The notes: generated by a model not told the origin, from the sequence alone. A DNA stretch of 63,823 nucleotides, filler included, from Octopus bimaculoides (GCF_001194135.2; 4 parts of 4 records of this genome joined end to end with filler, not necessarily neighbours in it); one strand, 5' to 3'; positions 23,631 through 37,693 are shown, numbered from the whole stretch's first letter. Numbers and translations are program-made.

Positions 23631-23845
23631 GGCGGCGAGCTGGCAGAAACGTTAGCACGCCGGGCGAAGTGCTTAGCGGTATTTCGTCTGTCGCTACGTT
23701 CTCAGTTCAAATTCCGCCGAGGTCGACTTTGCCTTTCATCCTTTCGGGGTCGATAAATTAAGTACCAGTTGCGTACTGGGGTCGATCATTAGACTGGCCC
23801 CTCCCCCAAAATTTCGGGCCTTGTGCCTAGAGTAGAAAAGAATAT
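23631..23845 (+). mobile_element. SINE A
   Basis: Family A consensus with a different 3' tail. Confidence 0.85.
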
Positions 23846-25299
23846 TTTCCATAGAAGCTTGTAATTTTCAAGACGCTGTAAAATATTTTGATACATTCAA
23901 GATTATAAAAACTGCGTCTTATACGCCGGCAATGGATCTTAGGAAAAGGCTGCTTCGAATTTTAGCAGAGGGGTGAACCACGAAATGGTTCTTGATGCAT
24001 CTTGGAATTTGTTTACATCTGTTGATGTCTTGCTATCGGTTATAAACGAATCATAAGAGGGGTTGTTTTTGTTTTTTCATAGAAGTGTCGCAGCAAAATT
24101 TTCGTATTAGGAATTTATCTGCTCTGATGCTTTACCATTTCTTTCTGACTCTAACTCAATAAATAAATTTTGCCGGCGTATAACACGCATCTTTATAATT
24201 TTCAATGTATTAAAATATTGTTCTACTTCTAATGCTGTACTATACTTGTTGCATTTAAAATATAACTGGTACCTCACATTTAAAAACAGGTATTCCCTCA
24301 CCACTTTGAGTTTGATTTTACTGGTAATCAGAAGTGGGAAGCGTCTGGTTGTGGCGTATCAATCAAATCTTGCTGCTACAATATATAAAATAGCAACAGC
24401 TTTCGCACAAACAAGTGCAATGCATTGAATATTTAGTTAACGGATTCTATATATTGGCAATTCACATCGTGCATAAAAGATCATAACCAGAGCTACAAGT
24501 TTTATATCCTGTATGGCAATCCTCTTGGGCAAAATATAAACAGCAATACAGTTGATCTGAAAGAAGACAAAGCTACAGTACTCCCATAACGTAATTTATT
24601 ATGTATTTAATGTTACTTTATTGCAGCATACTATGACAATATCAATGTTTTTCACGCACAGAATCATACATTTCTTCAACAAATCCACTTTAAAATATCT
24701 TTCAATGGGCATATAATGAAACATATTGAATTTGTTACTTATCAAAATATGTTTGTAAAAGAGGGACGCGCCTTATACACCAGAAAATATGTTACATAGA
24801 CTGGCATCTTAAACCAAACAATTAGAATATTTAATAATGGTACCCAGTATGCACCATAATTAAATAAAAGACTGGATGGTCATAACTGGAACGTTTTTGA
24901 ACATTTATAGGTGTTTTAGTAAGAATTACCTGGGGTTAAACAATAGCAGAAGCATAGCATTTAAGGAAATCAAAGATAAATCACTGTTTTAAACAAGAGC
25001 TTTTGGCGGGAATGATTCTCCAGAGAGTAAAAGAAACCGTTATTTTATTTATTTATTTATTGTTTTCGTTTTGTAATTTTTTGAACTCATTCCAGTGTAA
25101 AGTTTCCTCATTGATAACGTTGTCCTGTTGAGAAGAGCACCATGAAGACCAAAGTTTCACTTTGCACTGTAAATATACGTCGTATGACTCCCACGTTCCT
25201 CTCGACTCGTGGCGGCGCTTAAAAAACTATTATTTATGAATTAAATATTGAGCACATCCAGTCTGGAGCGTGTCGACAAAATAACGGGCTTATCTATAT

Positions 25300-25307
25300 T
25301 ATTATTA

Positions 25308-25363
<56 letters not shown>

Positions 25364-25462
25364 GATGTCGTTGTTGCTCTTCTTCTTCTTCTTCTTCTTC
25401 TTCTTCTTCTTCTTCTTCTTCTTCTTCTTCTTCTTCTTCTTCTTCTTCTTCTTCTTCTTCTT
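25300..25462. repeat. (TTA)n plus (TTC)n trinucleotide tracts
   Basis: Direct. Confidence 0.95.
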
Positions 25463-25806
25463 CCTGCTGCTGTTGTCTAACAGAAAGGCGCTTTCCCGAC
25501 AGCATGGGTTCGAAAGCCCAACAGCGACAATAAAAATATTTTTGAGATCAAAAATAATAAACATCGTATATTTTCTGTTGTTGAAGACATTGTATTAGAA
25601 AGAAGAGACTACATATATGAATATACACATGTATATGCTCTTATATGAACGCATGTGCGTATGTATATATGAGTACGTATACATACATGTGTATTACGCG
25701 CAAATGTATATGCGTATACATAAAGTATGTTCGCATTTATATACATGCAAATGTATGTGTATTTATGTACGGATACATATATATGATTGCATCTAAATAT
25801 GTGTGC

Positions 25807-25867
<61 letters not shown>

Positions 25868-27356
25868 TATAAATATATATATATATACATATATATATAC
25901 ATACATAAATATATATATATACACATATATAAATATATACGTCTATATATGGTAGCATTTAACTGTGTAGATACACACACATGATATAATATAATATCTA
26001 TATATATATATGTGTGTATATGTGTGTGTATGTATGTATGTATGTACTTAAAGGCAATATATACGCTTCACATCTTAAAATGTCGACGAGGTAGTTGGGG
26101 ACAGTGGTGGTGTGGGTGTTGGTGATGGTGTTTTGTCCTCAACGCCGCCATTTTGTTACTAGTTATGATCTAGCATAAATATTTTGTCTTCTCATCTACA
26201 ATTTTCAACTACCTTTTTGTTTTTTAATGCCAGCATGTCGTAATGTAAGCAAGGGAAATGGGTTCAAACGCTGTCGTAGCTGCGGGCATCCCTTTTACCT
26301 CCTGTATCTTGGCTGTCTATATTTTTGTCTGTATACAAGAAAGAAAGAAGTCGTGGCTGTTTAATATGTTTGAAAATAACTGCTGTGTAAGAAAGTCCAA
26401 ACGAAACCAACCCAGCCCAATCTAATCCAGCCGTACCTAGCCCACCATAGAAGTTTATAGCCGTTTTATTTTCATTTTTGGCTCATATGTCTGTTTTTTC
26501 TAACAGTTTGATGGAATCGGTGTCTCTGAGGAGACTAGCTGGGATTCTGTGAGATTTAAGTACAGCAATTATCACAAGATTCTAAAGCCGCTTACAAAAA
26601 ATAAAAATAGAAATAATTCTTAAAAACAGAAAAAAAAAATTTGCTCATGCATGACTGTGTGGTTAACAACTCGCTTTGCTACTACGTTGTCCCGTGTTCA
26701 ATCCCACCGAGCGGCATCACAGGCAAGTGATTTCTACTAAGGCCCCGGGCCTACCAATGCATTCGGAGTGAATTTAGCAGACGGAAAATCAAACTTCCTA
26801 TCGTATATATATATANNNNNNNNNNNNNNNNNNNNNNNNNNNNNNNNNNNNNNNNNNNNNNNNNNNNNNNNNNNNNNNNNNNNNNNNNNNNNNNNNNNNN
26901 NNNNNNNNNNNNNNNNNNNNNNNNNNNNNNNNNNNNNNNNNNNNNNNNNNNNNNNNNNNNNNNNNNNNNNNNNNNNNNNNNNNNNNNNNNNNNNNNNNNN
27001 NNNNNNNNNNNNNNNNNNNNNNNNNNNNNNNNNNNNNNNNNNNNNNNNNNNNNNNNNNNNNNNNNNNNNNNNNNNNNNNNNNNNNNNNNNNNNNNNNNNN
27101 NNNNNNNNNNNNNNNNNNNNNNNNNNNNNNNNNNNNNNNNNNNNNNNNNNNNNNNNNNNNNNNNNNNNNNNNNNNNNNNNNNNNNNNNNNNNNNNNNNNN
27201 NNNNNNNNNNNNNNNNNNNNNNNNNNNNNNNNNNNNNNNNNNNNNNNNNNNNNNNNNNNNNNNNNNNNNNNNNATATATATATATATATGTACATATATA
27301 TATATATATATTGCTATTGTTGTTGTCTAATATGAGATCGCCTTAATTAAATAGAC

Positions 27357-27919
27357 CAGTGGTTCTCAACCGGGGCCCGTATGGCCCCTGAGGGTCCATA
27401 TCAGATTTTTTTTGTGGCGGGTGGGGAGGACGCAACAAAATAGTAAATTTGAGATTCACAATAAGAGTCCTTGAAAAAAACCTTGATTTAGATGTGTGCG
27501 TTGGTATGTATCACAAGAAACAGGTTTCTTTCTCTTAATATTTTACTTAGTTCAACCTACAAAATGTGTGGAAGAGAAAACAGGAATTTTGAAAGGAGTT
27601 TCTATAAAACTAGTTTATAGACATCAAATGGCTTTGGGGTCTACTAGAATAAGATAGTAATCAAAGGGGTCCTTAGATTTAAAAAAATGGTTGCGAACCC
27701 CTGCTTTCGATGTATGTATTGGTATGTATTGTAAGAAGCAGTTAAGTTTCTTTCTCTAACGTTTTACATAGTTCAATCTTCATAAGTTAATGTGTGCAAA
27801 ACAAAATAGGGATTTTGAAAGAAGTTTCTATAAAACTAGTTTTTAAACACTGGATGGCTATGGGGTTTCACCAATCAAAGGGGTTCATAGATAAAAAAAA
27901 AACTGGCTGAGAACCCCTG
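27357..27919. mobile_element. hAT-like MITE with duplicated 3' half
   Basis: TIR cagtggttctcaacc; right ends ggttgcgaacccctg (27689-27703) and ggctgagaacccctg (27905-27919); flanks aaatagac/agctagac resemble a decayed 8-bp TSD. Confidence 0.75.
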
Positions 27920-28117
27920 AGCTAGACCTTAATATAGACGTTCATCCCATGGTTATTAAGGTCTAATTTGTTGTACATTGAGGAATGACATGAAGAATTG
28001 GTTGTCGGATTCCATGGTGACTATTCACTTAGTTGTTCGATTAGCTGAACTTCTAAGCTGTTAAATCAAAGCGAAAGTGGTTGCGAGGACTGCATCTGTA
28101 ATGAAATTCCCAGGCCG

Positions 28118-28420
28118 AGACAGCTTGCTTCCCAACCACATGGTTCTGGGTTCAGTCCCACTGCGTGGCAACTTGAACGAGTGTTTTCTATTATAGCCTC
28201 GGGCTGACCAAAGCCTTATGAGTGGATTTGGTAGAGAGAAACTGAAAGAATCCCGTCGGTCGTATATGTGTGTGCGTTTGAACTCTCACGGTCGCTTGAT
28301 AACCGACGTTCATGTGTTTATGTCCCTGTACAATAGCGGTTCAGCAAAAGAGACCGATAGAATAAGTCCTTGGGTGGATTTGTTCAACTAAAAAAGACCC
28401 TTAAAGCCTCACTCAAAAGA
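28118..28420 (+). mobile_element. SINE B
   Basis: ggttctgggttcagtcccactgcgtggc...gcggttcagcaaaagagaccgatagaataag. Confidence 0.8.
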
Positions 28421-28489
28421 CTAAAACAAAAAAATAAAAAATTATATATATATGCGCGCGCATGCGTATATGTGTATAATATAAATATA

Positions 28490-28568
<79 letters not shown>

Positions 28569-28617
28569 GTGTGTGTGTATGTGTGTGTGCTATGCATGTA
28601 TATATATATATTCTTTT

Positions 28618-29015
28618 ATTATTTTACTTCTTTCAGTCATTTGACTGCGGCCATGCTGGAGTACCGCCTTTAGTGGAACAAATCGACCCCAGGACTTATT
28701 CTTTATATGCCTAGTACTTTATTCTATCGGTCTTTTTGTCGAACCGTTAATTTACGGGGACGTAAATATACCAGTATCGATTGTCAAGTGATGTTGTGGT
28801 GGTGGGGGTGGGGGGACAAACACAAACACACAAACATATACAAACATACATACATATACATATGACGGGCTTCTCTCAGTTTCCGTCAACCAAATCCACT
28901 CACAAGGCTTTGGTCGGCTCGATGCTACAGTAGAATACACTTGCCCAAGTTGCCACGCAGTGAGACTGAACCCGAATCCATGTGGTTGGTAAGCAAGCTA
29001 CTTACCACACAGCCG
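28618..29015 (-). mobile_element. Full-length SINE B
   Basis: Family B head, CORE-like centre and tail. Confidence 0.85.
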
Positions 29016-29687
29016 CTCCTATATTATGTATGCATGTGCGTGTATGTATACATTCATACATGCATGTATGTATGTATGTATGTATGTATGTATGTATGTA
29101 TCTACAGGCATGCATATCTGAAAATGTCGGCTAAACGTCATGCACAGTCTTGTTTTTATATTTCGGTTCGTTTTATTTATTTATTTTGTTTGCAGCGTTT
29201 AGACATCAGCAGCCACGAAACACCGAGCAAGCGGCGTCTCCGTCTATAATTTAAGACACGTCGTGTTTACAAAACATGCGAAGGTGTCTTGTCGTGGAAT
29301 TGGCTCATCATTGAGACTCAACTGTCTTGATGTAAACATGATTTACAAGCTAATGTCTTTAACATTCTCTCTCTAAGTTATCTTGGGTAATTGTGTCGAA
29401 CAATATGTTAATTCCATCTTAACTTCTTGTCTTTCGGCACTGGACAGGAAATGTAGTTGTTGCTGTTGTATGTACATGTATGTATATATNNNNNNNNNNN
29501 NNNNNNNNNNNNNNNNNNNNNNNNNNNNNNNNNNNNNNNNNNNNNNNNNNNNNNNNNNNNNNNNNNNNNNNNNNNNNNNNNNNNNNNNNNNNNNNNNNNN
29601 NNNNNNNNNNNNNNNNNNNNNNNNNNNNNNNNNNNNNNNNNNNNNNNNNNNNNNNNNNNNNNNNNNNNNNNNNNNNNNNNNNNNNNN

Positions 29688-29724
<37 letters not shown>

Positions 29725-29812
29725 GATAAGTACCAACATACATACTTTCTTAAGTACATACGTACATACGTACATTCTTAAGTACATACATACATACATA
29801 CATACAGAGGGG

Positions 29813-30196
29813 CAAAGTTATGTACCATCATAGAGGTCAGCTGCCCTGCAGATATAAATATCTCTTTGAAAATCAAAGAAAAAGAGGACATCTATGGACA
29901 ACTGCTTCGAAACCTCCAGCTGCTATATTCATACTCTGAATTCATATTCATACCAATAATAATTGAAGCACTAGGTTTTGTTAGTAAATGCTTAAAGGGG
30001 AATCTGGATAAACTGAGATTTCAGAAAGAGAAATCGACCGGCTAGTTTGTTCATTACAAGTGCAATCTGTCAGTGGAACAGTGAAAATATGCAAGACTTT
30101 TCTCAAGTTCCTAATGTGAATTTGTCTGCGTTAAATACATCGCCTTGTATCTTTGTTGGAAACCGACTCCCTCTTCAGTGAAAGATTGATAATAAT
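29813..30196 (+). mobile_element. R4/Dong-like non-LTR retrotransposon 3' end (restriction-like endonuclease domain)
   Basis: KLCTIIEVSCPADINISLKIKEKEDIYGQLLRNLQLLY..FIPIIIEALG..QSVSGTVKICKTFLKF, followed by a short 3'UTR and an AAT tail. Confidence 0.8.
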
Positions 30197-30821
30197 TAAA
30201 AGATAGGAGAGACACAAACACATACGAACGTACGTGCGTACATAACTGTAGGCAGTGAGGTAGAAGACATCGCAGCTTGAGGAGACAAAATCATTTTTAC
30301 TGCCCAAATCATTATATCAGGTCTTTTGTGCATACATTTTATTGAGGTCTTCACTGGCACATTCCACCAGTTTTCATTTTCATTATGAGTGGCTAAGGCT
30401 TCGAACATTATATATGTAAGCATGTATGTATGTATGTATGTATGTATGTATGTATGTATGTATACACGTATGAATGTAAGTATAGATATGTATATATGGC
30501 TATATGCGTGTGTGCGTTGGCTGCTTGGCACAATCGTCAACACGACAGTTAAGATCACTTGAGATATTTGTTCCGGCTCTCAGCTTCCTGAGTTCACATC
30601 CTGATCGGCTCAACCTTCATCTTCCCCGCCTCCTTTTTCTCCTCACTCTCACTCTCTCACTTTCTCACTCTCCCCTCTATCTCTCTCTCCCCCATTCTAG
30701 TGGGAGAAATCGTTTGTAGTAAACCCCGCGAAAGAGATGGGGATATGGGCTGCCAAAAGCCATGTCGTTTAACACGACGGTGTCTCTACGCCTCAATCAG
30801 AGTTTGAAATCCATATGAAGG

Positions 30822-30888
<67 letters not shown>

Positions 30889-31986
30889 TACATATATATA
30901 AATATATGTTCATTTCACTTCTTAATTTTCAGTCAATTTTCACGAGCAGCCTGCTTCGTAGAAAAGGTTGTGAAGGAAAGCATCTTGTTTTGTTTTAAAA
31001 CTCAAGAAAGCCACGCTGNNNNNNNNNNNNNNNNNNNNNNNNNNNNNNNNNNNNNNNNNNNNNNNNNNNNNNNNNNNNNNNNNNNNNNNNNNNNNNNNNN
31101 NNNNNNNNNNNNNNNNNNNNNNNNNNNNNNNNNNNNNNNNNNNNNNNNNNNNNNNNNNNNNNNNNNNNNNNNNNNNNNNNNNNNNNNNNNNNNNNNNNNN
31201 NNNNNNNNNNNNNNNNNNNNNNNNNNNNNNNNNNNNNNNNNNNNNNNNNNNNNNNNNNNNNNNNNNNNNNNNNNNNNNNNNNNNNNNNNNNNNNNNNNNN
31301 NNNNNNNNNNNNNNNNNNNNNNNNNNNNNNNNNNNNNNNNNNNNNNNNNNNNNNNNNNNNNNNNNNNNNNNNNNNNNNNNNNNNNNNNNNNNNNNNNNNN
31401 NNNNNNNNNNNNNNNNNNNNNNNNNNNNNNNNNNNNNNNNNNNNNNNNNNNNNNNNNNNNNNNNNNNNNNNNNNNNNNNNNNNNNNNNNNNNNNNNNNNN
31501 NNNNNNNNNNNNNNNNNNNNNNNNNNNNNNNNNNNNNNNNNNNNNNNNNNNNNNNNNNNNNNNNNNNNNNNNNNNNNNNNNNNNNNNNNNNNNNNNNNNN
31601 NNNNNNNNNNNNNNNNNNNNNNNNNNNNNNNNNNNNNNNNNNNNNNNNNNNNNNNNNNNNNNNNNNNNNNNNNNNNNNNNNNNNNNNNNNNNNNNNNNNN
31701 NNNNNNNNNNNNNNNNNNNNNNNNNNNNNNNNNNNNNNNNNNNNNNNNNNNNNNNNNNNNNNNNNNNNNNNNNNNNNNNNNNNNNNNNNNNNNNNNNNNN
31801 NNNNNNNNNNNNNNNNNNNNNNNNNNNNNNNNNNNNNNNNNNNNNNNNNNNNNNNNNNNNNNNNNNNNNNNNNNNNNNNNNNNNNNNNNNNNNNNNNNNN
31901 NNNNNNNNNNNNNNNNNNNNNNNNNNNNNNNNNNNNNNNNNNNNNNNNNNNNNNNNNNNNNNNNNNNNNNNNNNNNNNNNNNNNNN

Positions 31987-32027
<41 letters not shown>

Positions 32028-32030
<3 letters not shown>

Positions 32031-32185
32031 GACGAGCTACTTGCAGTTTCCGTCCATCAAATCTACTCACAAGTCTTTAGTCGGCCTGAGGTTATAGCAG
32101 AAGACACTTGTCCAAGGTGTCACGCAGTGACACTGAACCCGGAACCATGTGGTTTCGGAAGCAAGCTTCTTTCCATACAGCCACT
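32028..32185 (-). mobile_element. SINE B 5' half
   Basis: Family B consensus. Confidence 0.8.
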
Positions 32186-33469
32186 CACACACACAGAGGG
32201 AGAGAACAAGAAAGAGAAAGAGGGAGAAACAGACAGACAGACAGATAGGCGGAGACAAAGAGAAAGAGAGCGAAAGAGACAGACAGAGAGGAAAAGAGAG
32301 AGATAAAGTCGTGACTTTGATAATTATATTCCAATTAGTCTGCCGCCACCAGCAATTCACGTCCACTTTAATTCCTGAAATAGTTTTTGCAAAACACGGA
32401 TATGGAATTCTGTTTCATATAAGATTCCGCAAATTGAAAAGAGAAAGAGAATGCGAAACAGCATCGAAGAAAAAAGAAGAAGAGAGAAAAACTGTTTCTT
32501 TTTTGCCTTTTTATAAATTCTTTAATTTATCTCTACTTCTTTTAGTTTCTCAAGGGTTTGAATGTTATCCCAGAATCTAAACAAGGTTCCAGACTTGGCC
32601 TGCCAAAGAGAATACTTCTCTGTTTCACTATTATCTCGAATGCACACCATTCTAACCCTAGCAGCCACACAAATCATAAACCCTAGCTCTCGAAGCAAAC
32701 AACCACAGTTCTAGCCTGGCATAATATTTCAAAACTAACAAACAGCGTTAACAGTATCAAGCAAGCTGTCTCCTCAAACTGTTTGCATCTGATTTCACAT
32801 TGTTTACCAAAAACGTATATTTTATAACAGTATCGTTTGATAAGCCCAAACATTGCCAAAAGCACTTTGTTATAGGAAATATATACAGTCTGGCGTAGCA
32901 ATGACCAGGCTTGTTTAGAACTTGTTACATTAATTTCAATACATACATACATACATACATACATACATGCATGCATGCATACATACATAATACATGCATT
33001 CATACATACATTATACATTCACACAGGCATGTGTGCGTATCACAATACCATAGAATGACGTTATATATATGTATACATACATACACGCATATACATATGC
33101 ATGTATATATGTATATATATANNNNNNNNNNNNNNNNNNNNNNNNNNNNNNNNNNNNNNNNNNNNNNNNNNNNNNNNNNNNNNNNNNNNNNNNNNNNNNN
33201 NNNNNNNNNNNNNNNNNNNNNNNNNNNNNNNNNNNNNNNNNNNATATATATATTAATAAATCTGAGGATAGCAAAAAAAATTTTAGAAATTCCATTTGCT
33301 ACCAGTGGTCTAGCGAAAAGAAAAAATTAGTCAATAGACTATATATTATTCATTTAAATACATCAGAGATGTCCATAATAGGACATCTAATCTGCTAGAA
33401 GGAGCAGTCAAAACTCCACACCACAATTAGGGATAATTTCGAAATAACACACATTGCCTGATATCGGGG

Positions 33470-34075
33470 GCGCGGGTAAGTCGATTATATCGACTCCAGT
33501 ATTCAACTGGTACTTATTTTATCGAGCCCGAAATGTTATTAGGCAAAGCCGGCCTCGGCGAGATTCGAACTAAGAAAATAAAGACTGATGCAATGTCTGG
33601 TATGGTAACGATTCTGCCAGCTCACCGCCTTATGTTCACTTATAAATCCTTTCCACTATAAACACAATGCTTGGATTTTGTAGGGAGGGGGATAGTTGAT
33701 CACATCATCCCCAGTACGCAACTGGTACTTAATTTATCGAGCCCGAAACTTGAAATCAAAGTCAACCTCGGCGGAATTTGAACTCAGAACGTAGCAGCAG
33801 GCGAAATGCCGCTAAGCATTTTGTCCGTCGTGCTAACGATTCTCATTTCTTTATTGCCCACAAGGGGCTAAACATAGAGGGGACAAACAAGGACAGACAA
33901 AGGGATTAAGTCGATTATATCGACCCCGGTGCGTAACTGGTACTTAATTTATCGGCCCCGAAAGGATGAAAAGCAAAGTCGACCTCGGCGGAATTTGATC
34001 TCAGAACGTAAAGACAGACGAAATACCGCTAAGCATTTCATCCGACGTGCTAACGTTTCTGCCAGCTCACCGCCT
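33470..34075 (-). mobile_element. Cluster of three tandem SINE A copies
   Basis: Three consecutive A bodies; two heads share the 5' flank tttataagtgaa.at.aggcggtgagctggcag. Confidence 0.8.
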
Positions 34076-34288
34076 CATCTTCACTTATAAATAAAAAAAT
34101 AAAATTAAAAAAAAAATCAACAATTTCACGTTAATCTGATGGGTTCCTCTATACTTTTGTAGGGTATGAATTTATTATTTTTAACGAAGAATATAATTGA
34201 CAGTGACCTCGAAGTTCCAGTTAGCTAAGCCGTCGTCGGACTGGTGACGATGGCTTAACTGGCGGAAAATTCGAAGACACATACGTGT

Positions 34289-34330
<42 letters not shown>

Positions 34331-35007
34331 ACGTATGTGTGTGTGCCTGTGTATGTGTGTGTGTTTGCGTGTGTATGTGTGTGTGTATACACATGCTCGC
34401 ACACATACAACCGTTGTTTATTATTACAGTATACCGTAACAAGCAGTTGATAATAAACACAAGTTTATTGTATTCTACAAGCTAGCATCAAATTCTAGTT
34501 TGCATTATGCTTGTTTTCGCACACACACACACACACACACACAGAATCAAACACACGTACATACATATAAACCTATTTTCAGTTGAAATTACATAGAATC
34601 GGTATTTATATACGAGATAAATTTATATAATCGTTAAATAAGTATGTTAACAATATAAAACTTCTTGACATTAGCGGCTTTTGGTATTTACATACGAGAT
34701 AAATAATATTACCATAGCATTAGTTATGTTGATAAAAATATATAATTTTTAGGCGTTAGCGGTTTCAACCCTTGATGCGTAAAAGGTGAAACTAATAGTT
34801 GTAGTGTATGTAATTTGAACTTACAGGAAAATTTCTAACGTGCCCAATCACGTTGTAATGTTTTCTTTGCACTACTCGATTATCTATCGTTCTGTATCTA
34901 TACACACTCGCGCGCAAACACATACACATTCGCACAAACGCAAATACGCATATGTTGTGGGTCAAATGTCATAATTATTTTTGAAATTTTAATAATCTTT
35001 TTAATTA

Positions 35008-35178
35008 GGCGCAGGAGTGGCTGTGTGGTAAGTAGCTTGCTTGCCAACAACATGGTTCCGGGTTCTGTCCCACTGCGTGGCACCTTGGGCGAGTGTCTTC
35101 TACTATAGCCTCGGGCCGAACAAAGCCTTGTGAGTGGATTTGGTAGACGGAAACTGAAAGAAGCCCGTCGTAGATATG

Positions 35179-35212
<34 letters not shown>

Positions 35213-35385
35213 GATAGATAGATAGATAGATATGTATGTGTGTTTGTGTGTCTGTGTTTGTCCCAGCCCCATCGAACAGATGCTGGTGTGTTTACGTCCC
35301 CGTAACATAGCGGTTCGGCAAAAAGAGACCGATAGAATAAGTACTAGGCTTACAAAGAATAAGTCCTGGGGTCGATTTTCTCGAT
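35008..35385 (+). mobile_element. SINE B (3' end in gap)
   Basis: ggcgcaggagtggctgtgtggtaag...gcgtggcaccttgggcgagtgtcttctactatagcc. Confidence 0.88.
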
Positions 35386-36326
35386 NNNNNNNNNNNNNNN
35401 NNNNNNNNNNNNNNNNNNNNNNNNNNNNNNNNNNNNNNNNNNNNNNNNNNNNNNNNNNNNNNNNNNNNNNNNNNNNNNNNNNNNNNNNNNNNNNNNNNNN
35501 NNNNNNNNNNNNNNNNNNNNNNNNNNNNNNNNNNNNNNNNNNNNNNNNNNNNNNNNNNNNNNNNNNNNNNNNNNNNNNNNNNNNNNNNNNNNNNNNNNNN
35601 NNNNNNNNNNNNNNNNNNNNNNNNNNNNNNNNNNNNNNNNNNNNNNNNNNNNNNNNNNNNNNNNNNNNNNNNNNNNNNNNNNNNNNNNNNNNNNNNNNNN
35701 NNNNNNNNNNNNNNNNNNNNNNNNNNNNNNNNNNNNNNNNNNNNNNNNNNNNNNNNNNNNNNNNNNNNNNNNNNNNNNNNNNNNNNNNNNNNNNNNNNNN
35801 NNNNNNNNNNNNNNNNNNNNNNNNNNNNNNNNNNNNNNNNNNNNNNNNNNNNNNNNNNNNNNNNNNNNNNNNNNNNNNNNNNNNNNNNNNNNNNNNNNNN
35901 NNNNNNNNNNNNNNNNNNNNNNNNNNNNNNNNNNNNNNNNNNNNNNNNNNNNNNNNNNNNNNNNNNNNNNNNNNNNNNNNNNNNNNNNNNNNNNNNNNNN
36001 NNNNNNNNNNNNNNNNNNNNNNNNNNNNNNNNNNNNNNNNNNNNNNNNNNNNNNNNNNNNNNNNNNNNNNNNNNNNNNNNNNNNNNNNNNNNNNNNNNNN
36101 NNNNNNNNNNNNNNNNNNNNNNNNNNNNNNNNNNNNNNNNNNNNNNNNNNNNNNNNNNNNNNNNNNNNNNNNNNNNNNNNNNNNAAATATATTCTTTCCC
36201 AAGTATTATATCACAAAGAAGACAATACCATGTGGACTCTCACCTCTTATCTCTCATGTTTCTCCCTCTTTTACTTTGTTCTTGGTGACTTCTTCTTTGT
36301 GATATAATACTAAGGAAAGAATATAT

Positions 36327-36423
36327 TTGCGCCTGAAGATAGCTTTATACCATCCTGTCTATCAATTATATACCAATATAATGATGCAACGACTATAAAG
36401 CTTGAAACACGTGTACCGCGGAA
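36327..36423 (+). ncRNA. Degenerate type-I hammerhead ribozyme motif with long stem II
   Basis: gcgc-CTGAAGA-t-agctttata-(44 nt)-tataaagct-t-GAAAC-acgt-GTA-ccgcg: 9-bp stem II, palindromic ACACGTGT stem III. Confidence 0.6.
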
Positions 36424-37693
36424 TCCTTTGTGTTTTGTTTTTATTTTTACGTTTTTAATTTATATATATATATATATATATTATAGTTTCAGCTTTGAAC
36501 TCAAAATCAGGAAGAACTTGGCGAAAATAGAACAAGGCACCTTTCCGATATTCGCTCAAACAAGTTCGCCTATTTATCATTATGGTTTGGCAACATATTT
36601 ATCAAATCTCTGTAATAACAATAAAGCAAAACAAAATATGAAAGACGAGATTTGAACCCAGAATGCGGATAACCATAATACTGCAATACATTCATTCCGA
36701 TGTTCTATCGACTCCACCAATCAACTGCTTTGAACTAGCACTTTACTAACCAACTGAAAACCAAACCAGGATTTGAACTGTGAATGCCACAAAACATTGA
36801 TTCTAACGGAGCGACACTTTATTGATCAGGCGATATTTGAACTCATAATGCAAAGATGCTCCACCGACTCAACAAATGAACCACCCTGGAATCTCGTTCT
36901 GGCACTTTATTCATCAAACCCCGAAAAAAAAAAAAAAAAAGATGGTGGCAAAGTTGATTTTGGTGGAATTCGAACTCAAAATGCAGAGAGTCATAACATA
37001 TAACCACAGAACGTTCATTTAGTCACTCTACCGGTTCTTCCAGGTTTACACAGTATTCTTTCCTCCCACGCATTCTTCGTAATAACATATTGTTCTGGAC
37101 TCCAGCTTAGAGTTCATTTTAATCTCACTAAAACATCTTTGTACACTAAACACGTATTTTTACATGTATACTTCACCCAGTTTCTTATACGTTTATTATT
37201 ATCATTATTATTATCATTATTATTATCATTATCATCATCATCATCATTATTTATTTTGAATATTTATTTTCTTCTATATTTTTTTAAAATGCAAATGTCA
37301 CACCACATCAAATCTGTATAGAAACCCTCCAGTATTTATATTATCACTGAATGGGAGATAATGCTTCGAGGGATTAGCGTCTCTCCAATTTCACACCGAC
37401 CACCTGCATATCTCTGCGACCAGGCGTGTTAACGAACAATAAATTCCTTATTCTCTTCAAAAGAAAACAAGTGCATTATGCAATCTCATTTACGAATGCA
37501 TAAAGATATACACTTGTGCTAACACATTCACATTATATACTCATATAATTACCAACACAAGCACACAAACATATGCATACACACGTTCATACACACACAC
37601 ATACATACATACCGACAGACACACACACACCCACGTGCATACATACATACATACATACATACATGTGTACATGTACGTATATGAATATATACA

